Source of the DNA: Puniceicoccales bacterium
Lineage (GTDB): Bacteria; Verrucomicrobiota; Verrucomicrobiia; Opitutales; JAIRKQ01
NCBI GenBank assembly: GCA_031258695.1
Contig: JAIRMM010000040.1
Coordinates: 1-49,261 of the forward strand
Length of the DNA stretch: 49,261 nt
Direction of reading: 5' to 3'
The notes beneath the pieces are model-generated. The model saw nothing but the letters and a program-made list of their open reading frames with translations. It was not told the origin of the DNA and did no database searches. Positions within the stretch are counted from its first letter, which is position 1; each line of letters starts with the position of its first letter. Positions 18,601 to 29,800 of this stretch are shown one piece after another. A program made the position numbers and the translations under genes.

Positions 18601-19220
18601 ACGTCACCGGCGGTGGAGATACCAAAGGCTTCGGCGGTGGCATCTTCTACCGTTTTGACCTCCATGGATCAGAAAAAGGTCACCTTTATGGAGAAGGAAC
18701 CGCACACGTCGGAAAAGTTAGTTACAACTTTGGGAGTTCAGACATAGCCGATGCCGCTGGAAGGAAAGCGACATACTCATCCGAAAGCACCTATTACGGC
18801 TTTCACGGGAGCGTAGGATATATGGGTGCAATCTCGGATAATGCCCATTGGGACCTCTATGGAAAGTATTTCCTGACGCATAAAAAAGGGAAAGATGCCA
18901 CTCTGTCAACGGGCGAAAAGATCTCTTTTAAAGATGCTAATTCCCAACGGGCGGTTGCTGGTTTGAAGCTTGCTCGATTCGTTGGCAACACCACAAAAGT
19001 GTACCTAGGTGGAGCCTATTCCTACGAGTTTGCGGGAAAAATCAATGCCCAGATACAAAGCCTAGACGTCGAAGCCCCTTCTCTCCGTGGATCCACGGAA
19101 ATTCTAGAAGTTGGCATTGCAAACAGATGGAACGATAACTTCATCGACCTTGCTATCCAGGGCTACGTCGGAAAACGCAGCGGTGTCTCCGCAACCATCT
19201 ACCTGGAACACAGCTTTTAA
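15636..19220 (+). CDS. Autotransporter (type Va secretion): repeat-rich passenger and C-terminal beta-barrel translocator
   Basis: 1,194 aa, with AAGGGA SD before the ATG. A long N-terminal leader contains RRRSVLRSTVIGALLLLCSSFLTPISSVHG. The passenger consists of about 48-aa repeats. The C-terminal ~280 aa show alternating aromatic/Gly strands (GGGIFYRFDL, YYGFHGSVGYMG, VYLGGAYSYEF) and end in YLEHSF. Confidence 0.8.
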   Translation: MGINIRTNGRGTLSTIKKVLEAGSTDNSKTMGEGIKKCPFWKNNIKGHMARLHGWWSDIFKKILSPVKGIGGLFCHRKKTGPAVRRRSVLRSTVIGALLLLCSSFLTPISSVHGTNLEVVGTKVFKKGFFSSEEIPLTPESNIGDQNDIDMLRVHDGNMEVNNISLERMSLSGGDRGRSGVVAKDSISVKGKMTYGTDVSLTAGKDISAGFMECQHGNVSLTAGKDISMGIMYHYPHGNVSMTAGKDISMEALKGKGSERERTEIRMEAKNISVEKDIYHVNNIHLKADEKTGQISVGGNLMGDCSGGVVMVASKVSVDGNINERGARTGNITAANSISVKGDMNYQSNNVSLQAGEIFVGKDATFVNHDGEDTNIVVTNSISAKGSMKLAGDNASLKAKTVSVGKDMTFEGHSGGVDVVAEDLISADENMKLLGSRNTNGNVFLHAGKVFVGKDMTLEGRSGGVDVVAKDLISVEGNMKLLGGKNTNGNTSLIADFVFVDGNMTLEGRSGRASVVAEDSISVKGNMKLLGGNGNDGGVTLRSNTLVVGNMIGNANKKNTANITLTKRNGALNFDVKDLIVNENCHAKISLDGTEAWNRATGDSSTGVHFQKLTLRSGSTFDGIRTANNARHTSFNTYIFQGKDITFEGDFSGSGKLLNFQMPADIGNAPMVTVTGGAFLKGSRINVAIDGGTPILSEGSRIILMKANTMETQDIPLTSDASPDSLFTDGDGKRLSTGAATQGETKQDNVSTVDSIYNAATNVANSLKNTAGNAANGLKNFIGGNNGTSETGTGETETQPNGNNGTSANYANESLANYSNESLITETDGTQSGTAQDHILSINNAGTSSGSKGPEITVMQGVTMQYPYSLSVDGGALSMEIAGNPTLAPHTKAFSEGAIAAVGAVNRAIDFVADAGIQNFMEQGRIFTAFSGGMSRYQSGSHVDANEFAALIGCGKRFETSMGKFTAATFCEGVFGNYKTHNTFAGIGDVTGGGDTKGFGGGIFYRFDLHGSEKGHLYGEGTAHVGKVSYNFGSSDIADAAGRKATYSSESTYYGFHGSVGYMGAISDNAHWDLYGKYFLTHKKGKDATLSTGEKISFKDANSQRAVAGLKLARFVGNTTKVYLGGAYSYEFAGKINAQIQSLDVEAPSLRGSTEILEVGIANRWNDNFIDLAIQGYVGKRSGVSATIYLEHSF
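16230..16385 (+). repeat. Three tandem 60-63-bp coding repeats in the autotransporter passenger
   Basis: gtctccctgacagcaggaaaagatatatcc recurs at 16230, 16290 and 16353, with one substitution in the third copy. It encodes VS(L/M)TAGKDIS. Confidence 0.9.
16854..17285 (+). repeat. Three tandem 144-bp (48-aa) coding repeats in the autotransporter passenger; more diverged copies lie upstream
   Basis: Copies start at 16854, 16998 and 17142 (gacatgacg(t/c)tcgagggcc(a/g)cagcggtggtgtcgatgtggtggcg...). They encode DMT(F/L)EG(H/R)SGGVDVVA(E/K)DLIS..NMKLLGG.NTNGN. Confidence 0.9.
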
Positions 19221-19244
19221 AAATGCAAAATCCTAGGAAACCAC

Positions 19245-19281
19245 AAGCCCCAAAGGTCAAGAACCTTCGGGGCTTGATTTT
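19245..19281. terminator. Bidirectional intrinsic terminator between the convergent autotransporter and dus genes
   Basis: AAGCCCCAAAGG-tcaagaa-CCTTCGGGGCTT gives 7+4 bp with one mismatch. It is followed by GATTTT on the plus strand and lies between two convergent stop codons. Confidence 0.7.
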
Positions 19282-19292
19282 CGGCAAAAACT

Positions 19293-20279
19293 TCATCTGA
19301 AGTGGCGATTTTCATATTTTTTTGTAAAAAATCTTTCACACATATCCCCTAGGTCCTGCGGCGTCGTCGCCCGACGAACACAATGGGAAAAGTCCCCCAA
19401 AGGATCCACGAAATCGGCAATTGGAATGGCATATTTTTTTAGGAATGAGGTTTTTTGAAAATCCGTAAGGGCAGGTTTGGTGGGAAAGTTTTGTAATTTT
19501 TCTATGAGATTGAGATAGTCTTCGCCGGTTGGGATAAAAATTTTAGTTTTGTTGGTTAATTCGTCAATCTGACGAAATATCCACGGGTTAGCTATGGCCG
19601 CTCGCCCAATCATTATGCCATCGGCATTGGTTTTTTTGACGACATTTACGGCTTCCTGGGCTGTTTTTATGTCACCGTTGGCAATTACGGGGCAATTTAG
19701 GGCAGCCTTGGCAATGTTTATGTATGCGAAGTCAACGGGTTCACCATACATTCCTTTTACGGTTCGCGCATGCACATATACCGCAAACAGCCTATGCCGT
19801 GCTAGATGGCTTAAAATAATGTCAAATTCCCGAGGGCTTTTATAGCCAATGCGAGTTTTTACGGAAATTGGAATGTTGGTATTGGCAGATATTATTGAAA
19901 TGATATCGTCGATGGTACTTAATTCCGTTAGTAGGGTTCCTCCCACGCCCTTTCTCCCAATTTTTGGCATGGGACATCCACAGTTTAAGTTGATGGACTT
20001 AATTTTATGGTTTTGTAACATTTTTGCTATTCTTAGAAAATGCTCCGGTTCCTTCTCCAGCAATTGTATGCTCAAATCTGCCGTACTTTTTCTATTTTCG
20101 ATCAAATCTATCACGTCATTCGTAACGGTTGCCGTTGGGTGTACCCGTAAAAATTCCGAAATATATTCGTCGGGCTCCCCACAGTCGCACACTATGTCCA
20201 TAAAATGGCGTGTGGTCAGTCCTCGCATCGGTGCCAAACTCGTAAAAATTTTCCCCTGCCGTTGACCGCTAACACACAT
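19293..20279 (-). CDS. dus: tRNA-dihydrouridine synthase
   Basis: Motifs are LAPMRGLTTRHF, INLNCGCPMPKIGRKGVGGTLL, VKTRIG and IANGDI..GIMIGRAAIANPWIF. I prefer the ATG at 20279 (MCVSGQ...) over the TTG at 20306. Confidence 0.8.
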   Translation of the reverse strand: MCVSGQRQGKIFTSLAPMRGLTTRHFMDIVCDCGEPDEYISEFLRVHPTATVTNDVIDLIENRKSTADLSIQLLEKEPEHFLRIAKMLQNHKIKSINLNCGCPMPKIGRKGVGGTLLTELSTIDDIISIISANTNIPISVKTRIGYKSPREFDIILSHLARHRLFAVYVHARTVKGMYGEPVDFAYINIAKAALNCPVIANGDIKTAQEAVNVVKKTNADGIMIGRAAIANPWIFRQIDELTNKTKIFIPTGEDYLNLIEKLQNFPTKPALTDFQKTSFLKKYAIPIADFVDPLGDFSHCVRRATTPQDLGDMCERFFTKKYENRHFR

Positions 20280-20321
20280 AATAATCTTGAAATGCCGTTG
20301 ATTCAAAATGATATATGCAGC

Positions 20322-20822
20322 ATGTCAATCGTTAGAACCTTCGTCCTGTCCATGTGTTTACTTTTAATTGCAGCGGATATCCATTGCGGTCCCATCAGGC
20401 GAGGTGCCAAGAAACGTAATGTGATGATTCAACGTGTTTCAATTTGCCAACTTGGCGATGATTCGTTTAAAACGATTGGGGAATATTTTGGCCACAAAAA
20501 GGAACATCCATATTTTCGGTGCATAGCTCGTGACAATGAAAATATTCGGGCGGGCGCCTATTTTGTGGTTGGGTTTAATAAATCGATTACCCTATTACCC
20601 GGGGAGATATTTGTTAAAATTTATGTCCTAACGTCCCTGCGGGATGGTGTGCTCTCGTTCAAATGCAGGGTGCCCGACCATAGGCATGTCCTCGTCTCAG
20701 AAATATACTGCGGCATAACATCGATGCCCATGGACATTAGAAACCTCAAGGCATGGAAAGTGGAATTGATTGATAAAAATGACAAAGTCCTTTGCTCGCA
20801 ACAAAGCTATATGTGGCAATAG
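20322..20822 (+). CDS. Hypothetical secreted protein
   Basis: The ATG at 20322 gives a signal-peptide-like N-terminus (MSIVRTFVLSMCLLLIAADIHC). 166 aa, Cys-containing, with no recognised motif. The upstream part of the track ORF overlaps dus. Confidence 0.5.
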   Translation: MSIVRTFVLSMCLLLIAADIHCGPIRRGAKKRNVMIQRVSICQLGDDSFKTIGEYFGHKKEHPYFRCIARDNENIRAGAYFVVGFNKSITLLPGEIFVKIYVLTSLRDGVLSFKCRVPDHRHVLVSEIYCGITSMPMDIRNLKAWKVELIDKNDKVLCSQQSYMWQ

Positions 20823-20848
20823 TTGAATTTAGACTCGGCATATGCGTA

Positions 20849-23800
20849 TTAGGCAGCACTAAAAAATTCCACGGCATCGTCATATTCGCGGGGGTGGAGG
20901 GTTTGTACCCGTTTCAGAAAACTTACTTTCGTTTCCGGTGAAACGCCAACACGCGTTCGAAGCACTTTCTGATTGTATTCCGAAGAATTCAGATGGTGGA
21001 AATTGCCGTACAAAATGGCTAGATCGGCGGATGCTTCACGCCCTGCGTCTAATACACCTTTTTCGATGGTTACCAGTGGATTGGTGGATGTTGGAATTCC
21101 AGCGGCATTGAACATCCAACAATCCTTTACGTTCAAATCCGCCATGGCTTTACCAATCTCCTGGGCATCTTGGTCACTCAAAAACAACGTTTTAAATGTC
21201 TCCCCAGACCTATAAACCAGCGCAAATTGTGCATCTTTTCTCCGGGAATCATCCATCCACTTGACACCCTCCAGGTTTTTTGCAAGGTTAGCCGTAATTT
21301 GCACATCGTCCCTGAAAATATGAAAATCAGGTTTATCCGTAATACATTTGTCGGCAGACAGTATGGGAGGAAACCCTGGTCTTGCTTCTGCTCTTTCCGG
21401 AAAAATCAGGGAAGCAAATGTGGGAGCTTCGGCTAATATTCTAGCTTTGGTTTTATCAACCAATAAAGGGTTTTCAAAAAGAGGCAACAATTGCGACTCT
21501 CCTGACTCTCCTTCATCGCTTCCAGGATGATTATATCTTTCATTTAAAACAACCAGCAGTTCCCTATCGGAAAGTCCATTCTTCCGTGCCGCCGTTTGCA
21601 ACCTTTGATCCACTAAATCTATGGTAGTTTCGGGATCTTCCTTTTGACTTTCCAATATGGATTCCAATGTGGATCCTTCCCTAAACTCTTCCGATTGAAA
21701 GTCATCCATCATACTCTTTGCTCTTTCCGGCAATGATTTTGGAGGCTGCGGTGCATCACCTGTTGCCTGAGCGCTTTCTTCGGGTTGAACTGCCACCGAA
21801 ACATCTAAAGCCGGAGCAGGAGCATCGCCAGCGACCACAGCCGTCGTAGCCCTTGTTCTGTCCTCCAATGGTTTTGGAGGCTGCGGTACATCATCCGTTG
21901 CCCGAGTGCCTTCTTCGGATTGAGCTACCGCCGAAGCTTCATCGGGAGCAGGAGCAGGAGCTTCATCGAGAGCAGGAGCATCGCCATCGACCCTAGCCTG
22001 TGCGTTTAAAACATCCCAAGATGTTTCTTCCACAACTTTGCTACTATCCTCCGTGACCTGCTCCTGCTCTGTTTCTGTTTCTGTCTCTGTTTCTGTCTCT
22101 GTTTCTGCTTCTACTTCTGTCCCCGTATCAACCGCACTTTCCCAAACTGCGAAGTCTAAAACTTTTTCGGCTAAACTTAGTATTATTGCAGCCCGGACTC
22201 GAAATTCCTCAGCCATGCCCCTATCTACCTTCTTAATCTTTGCAAGGGTACCCTCGTAGTAGTTTTGCAAGGACTCATATGCTGGTTGTTCGGAATCAAA
22301 GTCACCATATAATTCCAACGGATCTGCTTCGAATGAAGAATATGTAAATTGTTTACATAGATTTAGTGTTTTCCGTTCTTGTTTTGATATTTTTTTCCCA
22401 TCATGCTTTCCGATGATTTCATGCAATCTTTCGAAAGTTATACTTTTTACACAATTGGATATTTGGGCTTTGTAAGATTTGTAGGTCTGTTTCGCTAGCA
22501 TGACCGATTGATTTTCTATGCAATGGGAACATATTTTTGTCATAGCCCCCACGGGGTCATCGCTTACATTCATACCTGGAGGTACTAAACCCTGCGGAAC
22601 ACATAGATCTACCGTTTGTGAATCCAGAAATTTCCTTGCACGCAAGATACCTTGCAATGCCGTTCTGATCGGAGTAGTGTCGGGGTTTACGGTTAATATA
22701 GCTCTGGCATTTTTATCCAAAGGCACGTCACATCCCGTACATCTCAATTCGTCAAAATATGTGAATGTTTCATTGATATGATCTTTCCCAACGACCTTTT
22801 CTATTTCTTCGAGGCTAGTATTTGGAATCGGACGGGGGTGGCTGCGATCATTCTTGGCCATTACAAAGAAAGACTCTTCTCCCGCCATCGTCTTTCCCAG
22901 GTAAACCACATGTTGTACATTCGAATCATCTCTGTAATAGTCTAATATATCGTTGGCGACTTCCTCGTTCGTCCTGTCTTTGAAAATTCCTCCCGCATCT
23001 ACCAGGGCACGCAAATTCCCAGAATCTGTCTCGTGGACAGCTGCATGCTCTCCTAGAATGCTGGACACCGTTGCCCCCGCTGGGGTTAATATTTTCGAAG
23101 CTCCCGTCTGGAAATCCTTTTGCCACTTCTGCACAATTTTACCTTCGGTCCCCAGCTCCAGGATAGCTTTATTGTCTCCCTGAAATGCGGAATGGTATGT
23201 TTGCATATTCCAGGGAGTTCCTGTACATCCAACGGATGTTTTGCTCATGTCTACCATCGAGATCGCATCGCATTCAAGCAATTCGGAATTATATTTTATT
23301 GTGTTTGCGGCTAACATTTTCACAAACGACATAAAATTTTTAGACTTTTTCTTCCCATTCAATTGTTCGGTTGCCTTATGGATTGCTGCATGCCGTTGTG
23401 CATCGGTCATCCTCTTGAGGTCGCTGAGTTTTCCGAAACCGCTGTCATCCCACAGGGATTCAAGTTGTTCTGCCAGTGATTTGGGCAACAATCCATCAAC
23501 GTACTTGTCAATTAGAGAAGTCATCTGGGACAGCTGAATACCATTGTGCAAAATGGCTGCGAAAAAGTAGTATGCCTGTTCATAAACATTACCAAATTCT
23601 CCGGAAGAAGGCGTACCTACTCCCTGGTATGGAATGACGGCTCCATCCTCCCTAAAACCGTAGTGGCGGTTGTATTCCTTCTTCGCGGCACCGTCTACGA
23701 TGGACAGCATACCTTTTTGCAGTGCAATTTTCTCCGCTTCCCTTCGATGACTTTGTTTTATATTTTCCCAAGCTTGTTTAAAAGTCGCACCCGGCTCGTT

Positions 23801-26800
23801 GGCCCCAAGCATAAAATTTCGAAAATCGTTTTTGTCTATCGAACCGTCCAACGCTTGAATTTGCTCAAAGCATCTATCGATAATTTTTTCCTTGAATTGA
23901 TTGACGGGCGTTTTCCCATCTTTTTCAGCCCCAAATTTATCATTACAAAATGCATCATATAACCCAGTATCTTCCGTGACAACATCCAGCATCGACCCAA
24001 TGACATCAATTTGGGAGCTGGCGAGTGATTTCCGCGTACCACCGGGGAAATTTACGGACTTTGTTATGTCCAGATTCAGGTCTATTTCGTCTAAAAGTTG
24101 TACACAATTTTCCTTTACTTCTGATAGTATATCCGCCAGCTGTTTTGCCCGTGCCATGGCCGCGGGATCTCCGCCTTCCATTGCCAATCGGCTTGTCCTT
24201 ATGAATTCCAACTTGATAGCTCTAAGGGTGGGGGCTTGGATTACCAGGCATCCTCCCCCATCCTTAGCCCGTTTAAGCTTTCTCACTATTCCCGATAGCT
24301 TGTTACTATCTTGCAAATCCGATTTGCTTTCATCGATGCTGATAACTTCCTGGGAGTATCTACTCTCTTGAAATAGTCTCAAATTCCCCAGCATGGCAGT
24401 GTATTGGGAAGGGTGGCAGACAAATAGTGGTACCTTGTGCTGTAGGCTTATGCTATGGGCCAGCTGGGAAAGAATAACACTCGTTTTCCCACCCCCCATC
24501 ATAAGTTGAAAAGTAACACCCGTCTGTTCATTGTTTGCCTCGTTTGACTGGAGTTGGGCCGTTACATTTTGGATAATGCTAGCTTGGGCTCCTCTTACTC
24601 GAAACCCTACTATATCCTCGAAGACCAATGCTTCCATATTTGTCTCTGCATCATAGGTCCTTACGCTTTCATATGCCGTGATCAGTTGGTCCTTTGCCAG
24701 GAGGAAATCTTTTTGCTCGGGGGTAAGATTCGTTGCCCCATGGGCAGGAATTTCATGGTCATCATTCAAGAGAATTTGTCCCTTAGCCCGTACATTTTCA
24801 ACGGCAGCTTCCAGCTGTTTCATGGATCGTATGGCCGTGGAAGCTTGCAACAGTTGTCGGGTAAGATTAACGATCTCCTTACAATCTAAAATTGTGAATT
24901 CTGGATTGATTTCTTGGAGAATCTTTATGGATTTTGACCAGTCCCCATTCGGGTCAGATGGGGCACAAACCAAAGCTTTCCTTGCATCATCCAACGTGGG
25001 GGTCTTGGCCAATTTCGTTTTGCGCAAACTGTCCATCGTTTTGGAACATGTGGTAAGTTTTTCTACCAATTTCCCCTGAAATGTACCCTCGTGCTCACTG
25101 TAAATTTCATCCCTTTTGTTGGTTGCCGCTTGAATTTGGGCAGCTATGCCAGCAATCGTTGATTCTATTTGGGATTTTCCTGTGCCTTCGTCCCTAGTAA
25201 AACTTTCGGGACTAATTTCGTACAACTCACCGAGCGCCCTTGCCCTCAGGTCCTGGGATCCTGCCAGGGACATTTCTTCGTTGTACCTAGCCAATTCTTT
25301 TTTTGCCGTACTCTCGTATTGGGAAACCCCCTGCCTTTCATTCGATAAAAATGATCCCTTTTGTCCGTTAATCGCATTGGCCAAATCAAGCAATCCTGCC
25401 CTGAATTCCGAGTTAATCTGCGGAGCAGTTTGGCCACGGGAGGCTTCGGTGGCCGTAGCTATTTCTTCTTGGCGCTTTTTCTTAAATTCTAAAATTAGTT
25501 GCCTATCGTTTTTGTTCAAAGCTCCATGGGATTGGATTGCCTCTTCATCCAACTGGACAATTTCTAACAAGAGGTTGAATTTCCAGGCATCAACAGTTGC
25601 ATCTGTTTCTTGTTGATTACCTGCACCTTCGACGGAAGGTGGGGTACTAGTTTTCGGTGCTTCAACGGGTTTCAGTATGTTTTCATTAATTAACCTTCTG
25701 ACCTGATTTTCTCCATCTAAAGCTTCCGAATGTTTACTCGCCACAGACTGACCGTTGAGAAAATCTTCTATTTCAGAAATATACACTTTTCCAATACTAC
25801 CTATGATGACCCCATTTCCCTCTCCACCATCGGTGAGCTGCGGCAAGGCCATGGTATCCCTAAATCTTATGTAAGCTGCCCGTTCCCGATCACTTAATTC
25901 GGAATCTCTGCGGATAGCCTCATCACTTCGGCAGCATTTTGTCAAGACTTTTTCCCTCCGCTCGACGGAAGATTCTAGGAGTAGGGCAGTCTCCCGTGCT
26001 TCTTGCCTAAGCTTTGCCAACATCTCCCTATTCCTTGTGGGCAATACGGATGCAAACTTACTGGCTTTGGCGAAGGAGGGTTTCCCTCCCGGCTTATAGT
26101 ACACTATTTCGTGGTCTTTTGAGTCCTTCGCGACTTTGGTAAAATGTTTCGCGTGGGTTTGAACTCCAAGTTCTTCCACGAGCATTTGATGTTTTTGCTC
26201 AAACAATTTTAATAACCCGTATTCCGGCATTTCAGTCAGTATCATCCCTTCCCCGAAAGCTATAAGCTTCATCCCTGCTTTCAGTGTCGCAGGAGCTGCT
26301 TCTAATGCTTGATTCATCGCGCCTATGATTTCTTCCACAATGACCAGCTCGTTTTCCTTGGAAAGATTGACCTCCATCGTAGAATTTTCTCTAGCATCTA
26401 TCAACGATTGGTAGAGGGAGCTCATTTGCATAATTAGGTCGAAACTATCTTCAAAGTTAACGGTACCATCTTCCTTTCTAGCCAATAAAAGATTGCGAAA
26501 ATTGTAAGGGTTTGATTCGAGCAATAGGGTGATAATTTTAAAAGTGGCCAATTTTTCTTCAAGGATTTGATCCGCTTTTATTGTAAGTACGTTCCCTTTT
26601 GTTGCATCGGTAACGAGCGGACGAAAGGCAAGTTCTAGGAGTGCACTGTTTCTCCCGGCGACCACCTCCCTCATATTTATCTTATTTAAAATATCTAGAG
26701 TCTGTTCCCACCTTCCTGATCTATGTAATGCGTACACCAGTATCATTCCCGCTGCTTGATAGTCGCTGGAGGATAGGTCGAAGCCGGTGACAGCGTGAAA

Positions 26801-29800
26801 CCCAATTTCCAAAACATCCTGGCAGAGAATGGGTATTTTTTGCTTTGTCGCATTATCGATGGACAAAGAATCGATAAGGTTTTCATTGTTTATCAGGATG
26901 AACTTGTAGTCGCTCGGCTTATCCTTTGACCGCAAACAAATATAATTTAACCCGCCAGTGAGCGGACTGGGCACCGGAGGTTTTGATAGCACATATTGTT
27001 CGTTGCTCGCCAAATGCAATTCCCCGTCCTCTCCTCGATTGAATTGTAACACTTGATTATTATAATGCAGACCGGGCATCACGCAGGAAAGAACTTCGTT
27101 CGTATCAGGATTGATTGTCTCCAAGACATCGGTCTTCGTTGTGCCCCCGCAAGAAAGATTAGCCAAGAGCAGACTACCGCTAGAATACTTGCCATTCGTA
27201 CCGTGGTGTGGGGTTTTATACTCACGCATATCCCCATCTGGGGTGCATAATTTACCGTTTTCCAGCATAAATACTGGCTTATCCAAGGACTTTGGATCGT
27301 AGAGATAGACTTTTGCACATGCCGTATCTGTTTCTTCGACAAATGGCAAAAAGCGGGAAATCATTGAATCTGTTGCCGTCAGTTTTTTCCCAGGAGGAAG
27401 TGGTTTGGGTGTCACTAGGACTCTACCATCCATTGTTACTCTGTTGGTAAGGTTATCTATGGTTATTTTCCCATCCACGGTACTGGTGTCACCTTCTACT
27501 TTTACCCTGGAACGGATATTGGTACGGTCAATGCCAAGCTTGGATAATATGGGATGTTCCTCATTCTTTACTTTTACATGTTCCTCCGGATGTATCCCAT
27601 TGGTCAGGCGTACAAAATTGTTAAAATCTATGCTAGCTTTGATTTTGTTATCTCTGCCTTTGATTGTTATGAGTTTGTCATTAGCCGTCACTGGGGCATC
27701 TTCGTATCCCTGTTGCTCTGCATACCGCTCCCCAATTACTTGAAATGTCTCTGGTGTCAATTTACCTGCTTGGTCAACTATGAAATTTCTCAAAGCTTCC
27801 AACGGAACTCCCTCGAACATGTTCTTTATGCCAGAAGAATCTTCCGGATCTCGCTCAAGAAGCATATCGCTCGCCCCAGCCATTTCTGGCCAGATCATCA
27901 TCTTGGGATCCGTACATTTTAATATCTCATCGGTTGTTAAATCTTCTCCCCGGATCATTTTTTTGCACAAAACGCAGGCAAATTCCAGCTCTTCGTTTAC
28001 TGTGCCAACCGGTGAAATTTCTTTGTCAAAAACCTCGCCGTTGAGATCGGGTCCTCCGGCTCCTTTTACCACCCCACTTAGCTGCCTATGGAGTGATGCA
28101 TAAAATTTATACTTTTGCATGGCTTCCTCCGTTTTGACCGGATTCGGCAAGGTTTCAAGGGCTGTTTTAAAAAATTGATCGGCGAGGCGCACAAATTGTT
28201 CACGGGTTGTTCTGTCTTTTAGGGCTCCGGCCAGCGCTTCGGGGTTATTTGCATCCCCACATAGCAATTTGCAAAACATCCTTTGCATAGCAAGGTTGTC
28301 AAAAATGTTGGCGTTGCCTGAGGTTTGTAGCCATGAAAGCATGGCTTCTGTCTTTTGTACAACATTTCCATTGGGAGGCAAATGGCAATGCTCTAAAAAT
28401 GGGAACCGTTTGGCATGTTTTGATTTCGCAATATCTCCCTGGGAGTTGTCATTTAAGAACCCACAAATTTCTTGGTAATCATTTTGTAATTGTTCCCCAA
28501 ATGAGACATTTTTTATTACCACCGGCTCCTTATTGTCCTGCCTGGGAAATGCTACGCCATCCTTTGATTTTTCATCCAAGCTAAGGAGCATATAGGCAAA
28601 CCCATTGCCCGCAGACTCGGAACGTCCTAGACCCCCAAAACAGTCTGGTGATAACAAAAAAATCTCCCTAATGGCACTACGCGTATCATTATCGAACGAC
28701 GATAATAGCGGCACTACGTCTTGATAACTCTCTATGGAATTTCTTTCATTGAACAAAGCGTTCATTATTTCTTCAGATTCATGATGATCTCTTTTAATCC
28801 CATACCCTTCCCCATATTTTTTATAAATATCCGCTCCTAATTTTATGAGCTTGTCATAAATTTCCTGTTTATCCTCGGGCACGGTGATTCCATTTCTTCT
28901 ATTATATTCCGTATACGCCACGGCCATTCTAAAAAAACCCCCAATGTTTTCTAGGGTTTCACCTATGTCTTTGCCTTGCAGTGCCCCAAGGGTCCCATCA
29001 TGGTCTGATATGAGTTTTTCAAACTTCCACGCACTGGCGAATCCCATGGTCAAACGAGCAGCCTTTTGACTGCTAAGTTTCGCATTAGCCTGCTGAAGGA
29101 ATGCGGGAACATTGTCACAGACTTGTATGTTGTGTCCCTCTGAAATTTGTAGGGTGCTATCTTGGGTATATGTGGTACTAGCCTTAGCAAGGTCACGTGC
29201 TCTATCATCCTTACACGACGACGGGACTACGGCTGCCGGATTTGCCGCTAGGGGAGTAATTGCTTCGTTTACCCGTGATAAATATTTGGATGCCAACTCC
29301 GTACTGATCTTCCCAGATGCTTGCAAAGACAAAATTCTTTGTTGCACATCCCTACCTAGAGCATTAAGGACAACCGTGTGCTGTTCCAATAAGCATAAGG
29401 TTTCTCCTCTTTCCATTTTGGATTTAATATTTTCCAAATGGGCAACGCATTCACCTATTTCAAACGTGGCAACAAGTGCTTCCCGGGGAGAATTTCCTTT
29501 CGTGGCATATTGCAAGGCTTGTAATAGTTCAAATTTTAAACTCGTCTGCTTCTTTCCTCCGCCAGACTTGATCAAGACCATTTTCTCCTGGGGAACTTCC
29601 TTTGCTGGCTCTTCGCCAGCACATATTTTCCCCAAATCAGTTTTTATGTCTTCAAGCGAAGATTCGGAGTTGCTTGGATCAAATTTGTGTTTGAGGTCAA
29701 ATAGCTGAAATGCATTGACATAATCACCGGAATCCATCTGAATACCACCATGCGTTTCCAATGTTTTGGGTTGCGTGGTAAATTTTGTAACTTCCAAACT

